This document shows, piece after piece, positions 39,431 through 54,230 of a stretch of 64,000 bases of DNA. The stretch's first letter is position 1. Each line of letters begins with the position of its first letter. This DNA is from Eledone cirrhosa (Eukaryota), in the NCBI GenBank assembly GCA_964016885.1, contig OZ024743.1:171926001-171990000 (forward strand), in the 5' to 3' direction. Made by a program: the position numbers and the translations under genes. Under the pieces are notes generated by a model. It was not told where the DNA came from and ran no database searches. It saw only the letters and a program-made list of their open reading frames with translations.

Positions 39431-39569
39431 TTTTGTTTCTATATATATAGGAGGAAATTGTAGTTTACTTGAAGCATTGCGTAATGAGGTATAAACGTTT
39501 GGAGTTGGAAGGCCAAGACAATGCAGGTATTTATATAGAATATAAATACAAATGCAAAAGATATTGTTG

Positions 39570-39980
39570 ACAATTAGTCTTTTACCTTAAATTTATTTGA
39601 ATATCCTTAATTTTCGAGCTAATATCTCTTCTTCGGAGAGAAGTAAAGGGGGTAATCCAGTGTTCTAGTTAGCTTGCCAAGTCATGCTGACAGGAAATGG
39701 TATAGCGATTCCATTCTATGTCTAATGTCAAAGAGTGAAGGTTAGGTGGATAAAGAGTTGTCTCCCTTTAAAAGCGGTTTTTTACATTTATGTTTAAGTG
39801 TGTGGGAGAATACGCGAAGGCGTAAGTATGCGCGCGCGTGTGTGTGTGTGTGTGTGTGTGTGTGAGTGTGAGAAGATATGTCTATATGTATATGTGTGGG
39901 CTAGATGCTCTATCATGTTAAAACTGGTCTTTGTGTGTGTATGTGTGTGTGAGAGAGAATAAGTGGAGGTGTAAGCGCGT

Positions 39981-40023
<43 letters not shown>

Positions 40024-41198
40024 TGTGTGTGAGGGGGTGCTCTATTATGTTAAAAATTGGGTGTTGAGTTCTAGTCTATTATTGATTGGTGGTTTTGTTT
40101 TGTCTATAATCAGTGCCTCCTTAATTCTAAGATTGCCGAGGTTTCTTTCCTTAGTTTCTATCCTAACTGTTATGTGCTTGTCGGTGTTTTTGCATTTCAC
40201 TAGGTGTTTCTTAAATGAGGAAGCGTTAGTATTGTGGTGTTCTTTTATTCTTATGTGAAATGGTCTGGTGGTGCTACCTATGTAGAAATTGCTGCATTTG
40301 TCGCACTCTAATCTGTATACGACGTAAGCCTGGTGGCATAGGTCTGTGTCGATGAGGCAGTTGGCTAGCCTGCAGCGGCTGTCATGTCTGGTTGAGTGTC
40401 TTTTGGTTAGCTGTCCGCGTAGAGAAGATCCTGAGTGGGCTAGTTGGATATCTAGTCCCTCTCGTCTGATAGCTCTGCGAATGGCTGTTGTAGTTAGGTC
40501 ACTGAAGTGTGGGAGCTTAAAGAAGCAGGTATTAATGCCTCGGGTGTGGTGTCCTCTGTTGTTTCCGGCACGGTTCGCGTGGACTTCGGGTATCCGTTCA
40601 GTTTAAGTACTTCCAGGAAATGTGTGGTGTGTGTGTCTCGGTCTCTTGCGTCGGTGCATTTGCTCCGGTAACATGTAGTTCGTTCCTTATGTATCCGAAC
40701 TTGGCACTGGTTTGGAGGGCCGATCTGAAATGTACGAACAGATCCCTGCTGGCGGCTTTTTTTATAGAAGCAGGTGTGGATGTTGCCTTCCTCTGTTACC
40801 CTTATTTGGAAGTCCAGTAGGGATATGGATCCGCGGTCATCGGGGTGTTTCATGCTGAACTTTATACTGGCGTCCATGCTGGAGAATGTCGTGTATATTT
40901 TATCCGCTTCCTCACGGGATGATGTAAGGATGAGTATGTCATCTACATATCGGGTAAAGAAGGTATAGGAATGGCAGGTGTTGAGGGCTCGGCATTCTAG
41001 CTGGTTCATATAGGTGATGGCCAGCAGGCCCGATAGGCTGGATCCCATGGGTAATCCTGTTGTCTGACTGTATGTGTGGTGGTGGAAAGTGAAGTACGTG
41101 TTTTTCCATTGTGAGGGGATCCAGCCTATCGGGATGCTGACCATCACTTATATGAACCAGATAGAGCCCTCAACACCTGCCATTCCTATACCTTCTTT
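39570..41198 (-). mobile_element. Penelope-like element family B, 5'-truncated
   Basis: QTTGLPMGSSLSGLLA, FTRYVDDIL, ISLLD, NGYP; GIY-YIG at ~40060-40330 (VVYRLECDKCSNFYIGSTTRPFHIRIKEH); degenerate CCGAAGA...GAAA motif at ~39610-39640. Confidence 0.88.
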
Positions 41199-43235
41199 TG
41201 TCAAATTCTTATTGTCAAAATTCTTTCGTCACACATTATTTGACCTCTTCAGTGACTGAGGATTATTTTCTTTGTTTTGTGCCTCTCCTTTGTTCTGTCT
41301 TACGCCATCTTGATTTTGTGTGTGTTGTGTGCTTAGTTTGCGCATGTGTTACATCCGGGTGTCTGTGGTGTTTTTATTTGTTTATTTATTTGTTTATTTA
41401 CATGTAGCTGGTTGGTTGTTTGTTTTATGTGTGTGTGTTTTAATTTTTTCCTTAATTGTAAGTTGTGATGTTACTATTCCATTCATGTTTTCTATTTAAT
41501 TTTGGTTGGAGTTCATTTATGTTTATTGCCTCTGTGATTTGTCTAAACATGGCGTCTTTTCTGTGTGTAGATTTTATTTTTATTTCTATGTTCTCTAATT
41601 TTCCCTGATGTTCTATTTTAGCATGTTGGTGGAGTACTGATGATTCTTTTCTATTTTGAAGCTCTCGCCAGTGTTCATTTAATCGTTCTCCTATACTACG
41701 AGAGAGTCTCACCTATGTACACTATATTCGTATCTTTACATTGTCCTTCAGTACATCTTATGCTATATACTATGTTTTTAGTTTTACAGTTAATATGGGG
41801 GCTTAGTTTACATATTATGCATTTCTTATCTATACAGGGAGGTCCTTGAAAAGGGTATGTATTACTAATAAGTCTTTTTATCGGGGGTACCTGGTCTTTC
41901 TACTATCTTAATATTTAGTTTAAGTTTATCTAGGGCCCTTCTAAATTTGTAAACTAACTCACCTCTACAGGTTGTATTGATGAACATTACACTCTGGTAT
42001 TTATTGTTATAATACCATGAATTTATTCTATTAACCTTATTCCTAGTTCTTTCTATTCTATTCCAAAATTTGCTCCCATACAAGGGGCAGGTACCATTTG
42101 TATCATTATTTACCATTTTTTTCCATTTGGTTCTGGCTCCTCTATATACTCTGATTTTATCTCTCTGATTGTAACCAGAGAATTGCATACGGTGGATGAA
42201 TTGTTGTATGTGTCTCTCTAGTTCTTTGGGGTTGCAGTTGCGGGACACGTTTCTCATCACCCGTACTAAATCCGCAATCAGTATGTTGATTTTGGTGTGG
42301 TCCGAAACTGTTGAGTTTCGGTGGATCAGATATTTGGAAGTCATGGGTTTGGCATAATGGGAATGGAGGATTTGTTTTTGTTATTAATGGTTTCTAACCA
42401 GAGCTCTGTGTCTAGTACAGGTAATCGATGGTTGGGGTGTTTGTTTGGGTAGTCTATAGTAACTCTAATACTCTGGTGGATGGAGTTAGCTATTTGCTGG
42501 ATGCTTTCCATGGTGTTTTTCTCTAATTCCTGACTGTTCTCTAGTGGGGGTGTTTTTACTACAAATTTTATATCATCAACGTAGCGAGAGTACATTATCA
42601 GGGTTAAGATGCTGCTGTCTTCTAATTGTTCTTTAAGTTTATTTTCCCACCATACCATGAATAGGTTAGCTATGTCACCTGCAATGCTAACACCAATGGC
42701 TGCTCCCTTCTCTTGGGCATATTCTTTTCCTTTAAATTTGAACATATGCTCCTTATGGGTAAGTTTTATACTGGACCCCACCGCATGTGCAATCATTTTC
42801 TTTAGTTCATCGTGGTTTTCGCGGGTCCGTATGGGTCTGGTCCACCCGTTCCATCTTTCTGTGTGGGTTTTCTTGGCCATTGAGGTAATGGTAGGTGGTC
42901 TGCCTCTTTCTGGCCTTGAGGGGAAGAAGTTGCTAAGGTCATACGTATCTAGATAATCATTACTATAAGTAAGTTTAAGTAGGAATCCCAGCTCACAGGT
43001 ATCAATCCCACGGAACACAACATTGTTCTCACTGATTACTCCACAGCAAAGTCCATGTCAATGGATGGATATAGGGACACAACATCCATACTACCTATTA
43101 TACAGTGTGTTAGGTCCCTAGATCGGTTATTTTCGCTGATTCTGCTGAGGAGGTCCTCCGTGCTGTCACATATATCCGAGGACATTTCAATGATGGGGCG
43201 TACGATCAGGGAGAGGAAGTAGGAAAGTCTGTAGT
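41199..43235 (-). mobile_element. Penelope-like element family A, second truncated copy
   Basis: Colinear with 37123-39030 (YSRYVDD, GIY-YIG end); HHR-like CTGAAGA...GAAA at ~41215-41255. Confidence 0.92.
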
Positions 43236-43344
43236 AAAACAAACTACAGACTTCCCCACTTCTCATACCATGTGCGTTGTTATATATACGCACACTATCC
43301 AGTTTTTTAATATACTTAGTAGTGACCAGGATACTAATAATCCT

Positions 43345-43425
43345 TCACCCGCTGATGAGCAAGGATTTGCTATTCCTCTTAACAATTAATATAGCGAAAT
43401 AGCATTATCAAAACCGTCCGGGTGA
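43345..43425 (+). ncRNA. Hammerhead-like motif with expanded or decayed stem II region
   Basis: tcacccg-CTGATGA-g...aaaaccg-TC-cgggtga; perfect 7-bp stem I; the GAAA position is ambiguous (43396, or a mutated one at ~43410). Confidence 0.45.
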
Positions 43426-43597
43426 TTGGTAGTTACCACAATTCTGGTTTGTATTTATTTTCTTGATTTATTCTTAAATTGTGTCTGGCAAACCCTATTG
43501 TCTATAGTTAGTATTCTCTTCACCTTAGCGAATCTGGTCGCTTACGTTTTGAACACATATATGTATATGTCTGTGTTCGTTTTTCTTTTTTGTTCAG

Positions 43598-43646
<49 letters not shown>

Positions 43647-43736
43647 TATATATATATATATATATTTTATTTTTTTTATTAGATTCATTTTATTTTTTAT
43701 TTTTATTAGATTTGTTTTTATTAGATTTGTTTTTAT

Positions 43737-45108
43737 TCTGATAGCTTCTCATAATTTTTATTAGATTTATTTTTTATTCTGATAGCTTCTCATAATTTTC
43801 AAAAGTTTGTCCTTTCAATATCTTGATTAAAATATACGTAAGATTAATTTCTATACTAAATATATTAAACATATTATTTTAACTTAAAATATTCTATAAT
43901 ATTTTGGGATATTTTAGTATTTTGATATTTGTAGAATTCGTTTGCCTTTTAAGTTATATTGATATAATTATATTTCCAAATTATAATCCTTTTGTATTTT
44001 CTATACTCAATTGTACTATGTTATATCTTGATGTATACGTATATCTATGTACGGCTAATGTATCTATACGTGTATGTTGACATACATATACATGTGTTAT
44101 ATGTTTTTTTGTGATTATATATCTGTCTGTATATATGCATGAGTGACGCGTGTATACCAATTGAAGATGCACACACATATCTATTCATGTATAACTAAGA
44201 ATTATGGATGTGAATGTACAGGCTTACACATGCAGTTTTTGATTGCAGATATGCATAACTTAACAGCCATAAATGCATGAAAGTTAATCCTATATATTTA
44301 TATATATATACTAAAAACTTTTAATTTTCAATTAATAACACAGGGAATGTATGGCAATAAATAAAAAAATCACTTATGCTTTGTATATATATATTATATG
44401 CCGGAGTAGATATTATGTGTATTATCTGAGTGAGTGTGTATATATATTTATGTACCTTTGCCTATGTGTATGTAATATGCGATAGATAATCTCTCTAGCA
44501 ATATATATATTTTATAATGTTTAAATTCCAATTTTTAATATATTGATCTCAATTTTAAACTAAATATCTAATCATAATTAAACAATGTGTAATTTCTCAT
44601 ATTATATATCTATATTCCATTCATGAATATTAATATGTCTAATTTTATTTATGCTTTTCATCCCAACTGTTAACTCAACTTAATATGACATAACTTAAGG
44701 TTTTCGTTCTCTCCCCCTCTCTCTATCTCTATATATCTCTCTCTGGATTTTTTCTCTGTCTGATGGTTTCATATCTCCCCGTTATTTTTCCTCTGTTCTC
44801 TTTTCTTTTTGCTTTCTTCTTTTTCTTTATCTATCTCTCCCTTTCTTTTCTCCACGTTTCTCTCACTCTCTCTCCCTCTTTTTACTTACTCTTAACACTA
44901 TGACTTACTAAAGTAAACAAATCACTATCCTGATGGCCTCCAAAAGCAACGGTCAATTTTTAAAGGGGTACGTCAATGTCTATTTATAAAACTGTTATAT
45001 ATTGTATTTTGTCTGATGAAGGCATACCATAATGTAACTTGGTATCCTTGAAATATATATAATGAAATAAATATGGTTTTATAAATATAGTTTCCATTTA
45101 TTAATATC

Positions 45109-45112
<4 letters not shown>
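43737..45112 (+). mobile_element. Isolated long 3' UTR/pLTR of a Penelope family C relative
   Basis: 43737-44450 aligns by eye with 62131-62800; the end at 44980-45112 matches 27885-28019, including CTGATGA...GAAA. Confidence 0.75.
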
Positions 45113-45196
<84 letters not shown>

Positions 45197-45247
45197 ATAA
45201 TAAACTAAAATAAATAAGTCAAATATTTAAAATTGGCTTCGTTTATT

Positions 45248-45302
45248 ACTGCTATATATATTTCGGTGACAGCCATCTTTGGCTGTGGCCTCTTCAGGCA
45301 GT
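45248..45302 (-). ncRNA. Type-I hammerhead ribozyme, canonical core
   Basis: Minus strand: actgc-CTGAAGA-gg cc acagcc aaagat ggctgt ca cc-GAAA-tatata-TA-gcagt-AATAAA. Confidence 0.85.
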
Positions 45303-45411
45303 CCGAATTAGTGTGGTAGAGACGAGTACACGTGTTGTTGAGGTGTTAACTTTGTCAATAATCTTATATGCCCAGTTTTTGGTTGGGTTTTTGGTTCCAT
45401 GAGAACTGGAG

Positions 45412-45455
<44 letters not shown>

Positions 45456-45554
45456 AGGGTGTGTAACGTGGAGTTACTGCAGGTTCACCTGGGTGAGCAC
45501 TCGATGTTTAGGTTAACTTCTGTGTTGAGGTGTAGAGCTATACTGAGTTTAATC

Positions 45555-47050
45555 TATTGAAAGGATAACAAAGACGATTGGTTACTCCTTCATTACATTT
45601 ATTGGTAGGTGACGCGCGTTTCGCCACTGATTAGCTCAAGGTTCGATCTGTATCGATCTTACCCGACTCTATAATCGGCAGCTCGACAGACCCATTAAAA
45701 TGGTAGTAGAAAATGAATACATGTTATATGATAAAGTCAGAAGTTCATATGTTGGTCAGTAAGGCTTGTTTTGATTGGTGGAATAGATCATAGGGATGTT
45801 TTCGCCTGTAGTGTATGTGGGGGTGGATGTAGTGTATGTGGGGGTGGTGGTGACGGTCGCTGGTTTGGATGGGCTGTGATGTGGGGGTGGTAGATTGTCG
45901 GTAGACAGATTGGCGTATATTTGTGGCTTATTGTTGTGTGTGGTGTAGGTGAGGTGTTGTTGTTTATGGTATTGGTGTTTATGGTGGTGTGGTGGATGTG
46001 TTGGTGGTGTCAAATCAATGGGGAGATACATACCTAGACACTCTTAGTCTGACAAAAACGTTGTATACATACACATGCGTATATACATACTGACATATAT
46101 ACACATACACACATATATACACACATATACATATTTATATACATATATACACCTATATGCATGCGCGCGTGTGTATATATAGAGAGAGGGGGCATGGGGT
46201 GTCAGTGGGGTTGGCTTAGTACATAGATAGAGGGAGAAGGAGAGAGCCAATGGAGATAGTGTTGTACATATAAATATACTTAGATACAGACAGACACACT
46301 TGCGTTGTTTAGGGAGGGAAGGTATGTGTTGGCGATGTTAATGAAGTTAATGAATGTTGAGATATGGAGTTGTGCCTTGTGGTGGCGGTGGTGGTGTTGT
46401 GAGCGACAAAAAATATACAGGATAGAATTATACGATGGGTTACAGGTTAAAAGGTGACATAGGGAACACGGGGGGAAAAGTTTGTGGACGTATAGCGATG
46501 TGTGCTGTGGTCATGGTGGTGGTGGGGGGGGGGTGATGGGGTGATATGTTCAACAATATATTTACATGATCTGATGCTACGGTGGATTACAGTGTAAAGC
46601 ATAGGGAGAGGACAGATGTAACACAGTCGTTCTGGGAGGAAGGGATAATATGTGTTGGTGATGTTAATGATTGTTGAAGTATGGAGATGTATCTAGTGGT
46701 GGCGGTGGTGGTGTGTGCGACAGTACATTTACAGGATCGAATTTTACGAGGTGTTGTAGGTTAACGCAGATAGAGGGAACAAGGTTACGGGTGTGGGATG
46801 GTAGACATATAGCGATGTGTGCTGTGGTGGTGGTGGTGGCGGCGGTGGGGTAATATGATCGACATTATATTTACAGGATCAGATGTTACTATGCTTGTAT
46901 TCATTTTCTACTAGCATTTTAAAGGGTCCGTCGAGCTGTCGATTATAGAGTCGGGTAAGATCGATACAGATCGAACCGTGAGCTGATCAGTGACGCGTCA
47001 CCTACCAATAAATGTAATGAAGGCGTAACCAATCGTCCTTGTTATCCTTT

Positions 47051-47055
<5 letters not shown>
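45555..47055. mobile_element. Non-coding element bounded by ~165-bp inverted repeats (45555-45721 / 46896-47055) containing a hammerhead fold; probable PLE remnant
   Basis: Minus 45607-45693: gggt-CTGTCGA-gctgccgatta...taatcagtggc-GAAA-cgcgcg-TC-acct, then AATAAA; the right arm has lost the GAAA. Confidence 0.65.
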
Positions 47056-47115
<60 letters not shown>

Positions 47116-47945
47116 TACCCGGTCGAGTGCTTATTCGATTTGTGTTATTTATGCAATTTTTTGCATGGTATACACATACTGAATTCATTTGCCAAAATCT
47201 GGGGTTTTTCCCCTTGTGGATTCCACATGTGCTTTTACGCGGCTCTGTGTCATTCACAAATTTGGTACAGAGCAAAATACCTGTTGATAACGTGATATTC
47301 CTTGTTCGATCATTATACCTAAAGCTTATAATTTTAAGCAGACAGTATTTTGATTTAGGTGTCATAGAAACCCTGCATTTGGATTTTAACATCAATTCCA
47401 ATGGGTCTAGGTCTGTGTTTTTGTTATAATTTATTTTGTTTTGACCTGTTTAGCTTGATTTGCATTTTGGCTTAAGTGATTGATGCTTTCTTGACCACTT
47501 TTTCAGTTTTGTATGGCGTTTTAACATATTGTTTAGCTCTGGTTTTTTAACTATGGAGCTCTTGCCAGCATATTTCTGATTTTTGCGTTTCGTTTCGCTT
47601 TTTCTAGCCGCCGAAAAGCGATTCTCGCTGAATTTATATAAACAACACACACTTTTATACCTATATATATATATAGGTATAAGAGTGTGTGTTTTTTTGC
47701 GAGTGTGTGGGAGTGAGGGCTTTATATGTGTGCTTGTGTGATGTGCTTGTAGACACCTGACCAAGAGCAAAGAATTCCTTTTTCTTTTTAAACCCATCAA
47801 CCAATGACCTCCATCCATCCCTATCACCAACCGCTCCTACCACCAGAAAAAATATAAATACCACCATATTACTTGGGCAGCCGGCTTCCTGGTGATTTCT
47901 CCCAAATGAAACAGTTCTAGTCCTGTAGAATCCTTTCTATATTAA

Positions 47946-49790
<1,845 letters not shown>

Positions 49791-49974
49791 ATGTATGTAT
49801 ATGAATGTATGTATATATACATACATTTTAATCAAAGGGTTCCCCGGGGGCACATAACCCCGCTGAAAATGTTTTCCTTTCGATTTTTCTGAAATTTAAG
49901 CCATAGGCAAATTAACAAAATTTTAAAAAATTTCAATAATGTTAAGACACCCTAATGCGAGTTACACCCTATAG

Positions 49975-50697
49975 TGAAAATTTCGTCCAATAAATGGAAC
50001 AAGATGTGTTGCAACAAGATTGCATGGGAACTTGATTGAAGCAACCATTATATTCGGGGTTTATAAAGGTCAAGCTCTTCTCATTCCGAGGACTCCACTT
50101 CTACCAAGTGATAGCGAGTTGTCTTTTACATTTAAGAGGCTGCAGTTCCCAGTGAGGCCATGCTTTCCCATTAGCATAAATAAGAATCAAGGTCAAACTT
50201 TCGAAACTATTGGTATAGATCTGACAAACCCATGTTTCAGTCATGGCATGTTTATGTGGCTGTTTCAAGGACTGGAACTTCAAAAAATCTCTACATTTTA
50301 GCCAATCAAAGAGAGACAAGAAATATTGTTTACCCCGAAGTTCTTCATTAGGACAACGTATGAAATATATTTCTATGTATTTATTACGTTAAAAAATAAA
50401 TAATTAAACATTGAATTTCTAATTTGAAAATAATGCTTTACATAAAAATGAAATGTTCAAGTTTAGAATTGATATTATGGAAAAAATGATTTACAAGAAA
50501 CAAAATAAGAATAAGTTTTAATAATGTAATTTTGATTTGATATATTACAAAAGAATTTTCATGCATTACATTTTACATTGAGTAATATTGAAATGCAGAG
50601 TTTTTCCCCATAAATTATATCACTGACTTAAAATCAATCACCATTTTCTTACAAAAAAAATGTGAAAAACGCAGCAGGGCGCGGGTAATTCGGCTAG
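49975..50697 (+). mobile_element. Helitron 3' fragment (Pif1-like helicase C-terminus and CTAG end)
   Basis: NGTR...LIPRTPLLPSD...FKRLQFPVRPCFPISINKNQGQT...GIDLTNPCFSHG; GC-rich terminus ending cggCTAG at 50697. Confidence 0.85.
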
Positions 50698-50797
50698 GAT
50701 ATATATATAAGCAGAAGGTATATTCAATTTGTTGGTAATTCAACAAATATAAATGTTTATAACTAATTCACAGCACTCAACAAGTTTCTGGAGTATA

Positions 50798-51136
50798 ATA
50801 TACAATGATATTAAATAAATAGAAACTATATTTAGAAAACCATATTTATTCTATTATATATATTTCAAGGGTACCAACAATTTTGGTACGCTATCATCAG
50901 ATAAAATACGAAGTGTTTTATAAAAGTTGACATAACCAAGGAGAATATACCTTAACGGTTCAAGGATAACTTGAACCGTTAAGGTATATTCCCTTGGTTA
51001 TGTCAAAATTTATAAAACACACTTCGTATTTTATCTGATAATAGCGTACCAAAATTGTTGGAACCCTTGAAATATATATAATAGAATAAATATGGTTTTC
51101 TAAATATAGTTTCCATTTATTTAATATCATTGTATA
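50798..51136. repeat. ~340-bp palindrome (5-bp spacer) of a family C-like pLTR end
   Basis: caag-gataa-cttg centre at 50967; arms match the terminal block at 27890-28015 and 44985-45110. Confidence 0.9.
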
Positions 51137-51224
51137 TATACATACATACATACATACATACATACATACATACATACATACATACATACATACATACATA
51201 CATACATACATACATACATACATA

Positions 51225-51430
51225 CATAAGTGGAAATTGGCTGCCAGCAGATGCCAATATAATATCAAAGGTTAGTGAAAAGGAGAATATTTATGCAGAA
51301 CTGTTGAGAAATCTGCAGATACTCCACCCTGATTACACCTTCAGATTTATGCCTGTGATTATTGGGGCATTGGGATATGTTAGTAACTGCCTCAATACAA
51401 ATCTTGAGAAGCTGGGCTTCACAGGAACAG
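51225..51430 (+). pseudogene. Restriction-like endonuclease (REL) fragment of an R4/R2-type LINE
   Basis: PADANIISKVSEKENIYAELL...FMPVIIGALGYV fits the EK..KY..L...P(V/I)(V/I)IGALG pattern. Confidence 0.65.
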
Positions 51431-52454
51431 AAAGAACACAAAGCATATACACATGCACACATACAACTCAAAACATACACATCCACACATACAATAACAT
51501 CCATATCTACACATGCATGCATACATACATATCTACCTAGTTGATGTTGTGTAAATTCCAATGAGAGAGTCTTGTGTCTATGTTAGAAACTGACTCTTTC
51601 TCTATTGGTAAAACTTTGTGAAATTATAAAACCAGAAGAACATACATACAAATGGCAATTTCTGTCTGTCTGTGTGTAACCAGTTGGCACCTATACCAGT
51701 GATCCGATTCTGTTGAAACTTTACACATATATTAAGCTAATATTCAGAAACTGGACTGGCTAATTGGATTTCAATAAGAATCAATAATGGAACCCCTGGA
51801 GACAACTTTACAATGGAGAAGGAAAGGGACGTTTCAGTGAGAGAGGGGAAGAGAAGATACTACTACTCTATGTTAAACCCACCCACTACTCCCCTTCCTC
51901 CTCCCACAACTCAGTCCTCCAAAACTAGGCAACAACTTAGTTGTTCTTTTTTTCTTCATTCTGTAAAGAAAGAGAGAGAGGGGATGAGAGAGCTGAGATA
52001 AGAGGGAAAGAGAGGGGAGGAGAGAGAGTGTATAATGAGACTGTGTTTATGTGAGCATGTGTGTGTGTGCACGCGCGTGCGTGTGTGTCGGCGTTCTTAA
52101 ATTAGAGACAAGTGTGTATGTGCGTGTGTGTGTGTGTGTTTATCACCGTACTTAAGTGAGAGACATATATATCCCAGTCTACTGCCTCATGTATGTGAAG
52201 CAAATATATGAAGCAAAAAGGAAAGGTTGTATGTGACACCTCGATCTAATAGAAATATTAGCAAAATCCATTTCAAATCACAGCGAACAGTCTTACACAC
52301 ACAAACATACACACATGCATGTGTGTGTACGTATGTATGTATGTCACGGAAGCCGCTATAACTGTTGTTGTACCTAAAAGAAATAGAAAATCTCCGTCAA
52401 ACAAGATCCTACTGCCATAGAGGTAAATGTTGGTGAAAGCTACAGTGTAAAGAT

Positions 52455-52760
52455 ATTAATTAACCCAGGCTCTGTCGCACTTTGGGCCAAGGAAGGTAAA
52501 CTCTTCAAATATCGGTCGATCTCCGACAGATTTGTTGTTGAGCCCATAGCAATGGAGACTTCTGGTGCCCTTGGCTCTAGGGCTACCTCCCAACTCGCCA
52601 CCAGCGGCACAGTGTTGGCTACCCGGAGGGGTGACCCTCGCAAGCCGGAATGGATTTTCCATCGCGTCTCCCTCACCATTCTCTATCCAAAAGCCGGGGC
52701 TGCTGGGCGGCCAGCGTGTGGGCGCCCATTTGCTCATAATAGTGAGTGATGGGGAGATCA
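52455..52760 (+). pseudogene. CRE-like non-LTR retrotransposon C-terminal REL fragment
   Basis: PGSVALWAKEGKLFKYRSISDRFVVEPIAMETSGALG...GDPRKPEWIFHRVSLTI resembles the K..KY...P.A.ET.G..G...L.QR.S.A motif. Confidence 0.7.
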
Positions 52761-53527
52761 GGAGATATAGAGACAGTGACTGTGGGAGTTTGGTTCCTGG
52801 TGTATATATGTATATATATACCACACTTAAATACATTTAAATAAACTTTCCTGAATTCCAGAAATGAGTAAGTAAATTCTTCATTCATTCATAAACCAAT
52901 GGTAAATTTATTTTTTTATTTTATTTTATTGATGCTTTTTAAAATGCCCTTCACATATTGTTTGAATTTCAGAGGTTATGATTGTGAAAAAAGAAAATGA
53001 TAAATAGAATCTAAATTTATTTTTTGGGTCATGCCCTTTTCACTGACAACATACCGAATGATTCTTCCAAATGCGAAGCATTATATATGATGACTGTAAT
53101 AGGGAGAAGTATTTTCAAAAATCACCACCGGACAAGTCTAATAATATTTCTATCTACATGATTTGCTTTAAACAAACGGCAATAAATATTCTGTTATATT
53201 TCCTACTTTAGTTAAAATTCAGCAATCATATTTCAATGGTCAAGTATTGCAACTTTAATAAAATACCCGGGAATCACCGGGTAGCTCAGCTATTACATAC
53301 ACACACACATATACAGATACATACGCACCGTATATATATACACATATATACAGATACATACATATACAGATACATACGCACCGTGTATATATATACACAT
53401 ATACACATACATACATATATATTACTATACATATATACATCATATATACGTATATATGCACATACACGTAGACATACACATACATACATATCCATACATA
53501 CAGACATACATACGCGCATACACACAA

Positions 53528-53570
<43 letters not shown>

Positions 53571-53725
53571 ACGGAGGAAATGTGGTAAGGAACCAGGTGG
53601 ACCATAACGCACCAAAGTACTCAATACTTAGGGTAGTAGAGTGGGTAATAGGAACGAGTAGGACCCCGACAGCTGAACTCAAGCCGTTACGACGGCTAAT
53701 TCTGGACGCCCTGGTCCTACTCGTT

Positions 53726-53773
<48 letters not shown>

Positions 53774-53789
53774 TATATATATATATATC

Positions 53790-54228
53790 AATGTATGTAT
53801 AGTATATTTAGCAATATACTGTATTTGTAATTAAAAACATTTAGAAGACCATTCGCTATGAGTTTTAAAGGAGTGACTATGTCACTTACTTATTCTCGGC
53901 AAAACCAACAGGGTGCGGCCGACAGACAGTCTGTTTCTTGTTTGTGAGCGTTTATGAAGCCGACACACTCAGTTGCCTTTGCCGAGAATTATAGAGGCTG
54001 GATTCTTATAGAATTCCAGTAATATTCAGGAGCTGATAAAACAGAGCGATTGCCGGTCCAGCAAAGATTAGGTATTAGTATTGGTGCTCTGAAATAGCGA
54101 TTTATACATGAATGTATGTATAGTATGTTTGGCAATATACTGTATGTTTAATTAAAAACATTTAGAAGACCATTCGCCATGAGTTTTAAATTTGTGACTG
54201 TGTCACTTACTTATTCTCGGCAAAAACA
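53790..54228. repeat. ~320-bp tandem unit (about 1.3 copies), diverged relative of the 21712-22583 repeat, with decayed hammerhead on the minus strand (53916-53962)
   Basis: Shared ggattcttatagaattccagtaat and attggtgctctgaaatagc; the unit restarts at ~54111. Confidence 0.75.
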
Positions 54229-54230
54229 AC

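Noticed and set aside
47108-47830. Lys-rich minus-strand ORFs as a protein gene
   Set aside because: No recognisable motif; possibly a decayed transposon 5' region, not supportable.
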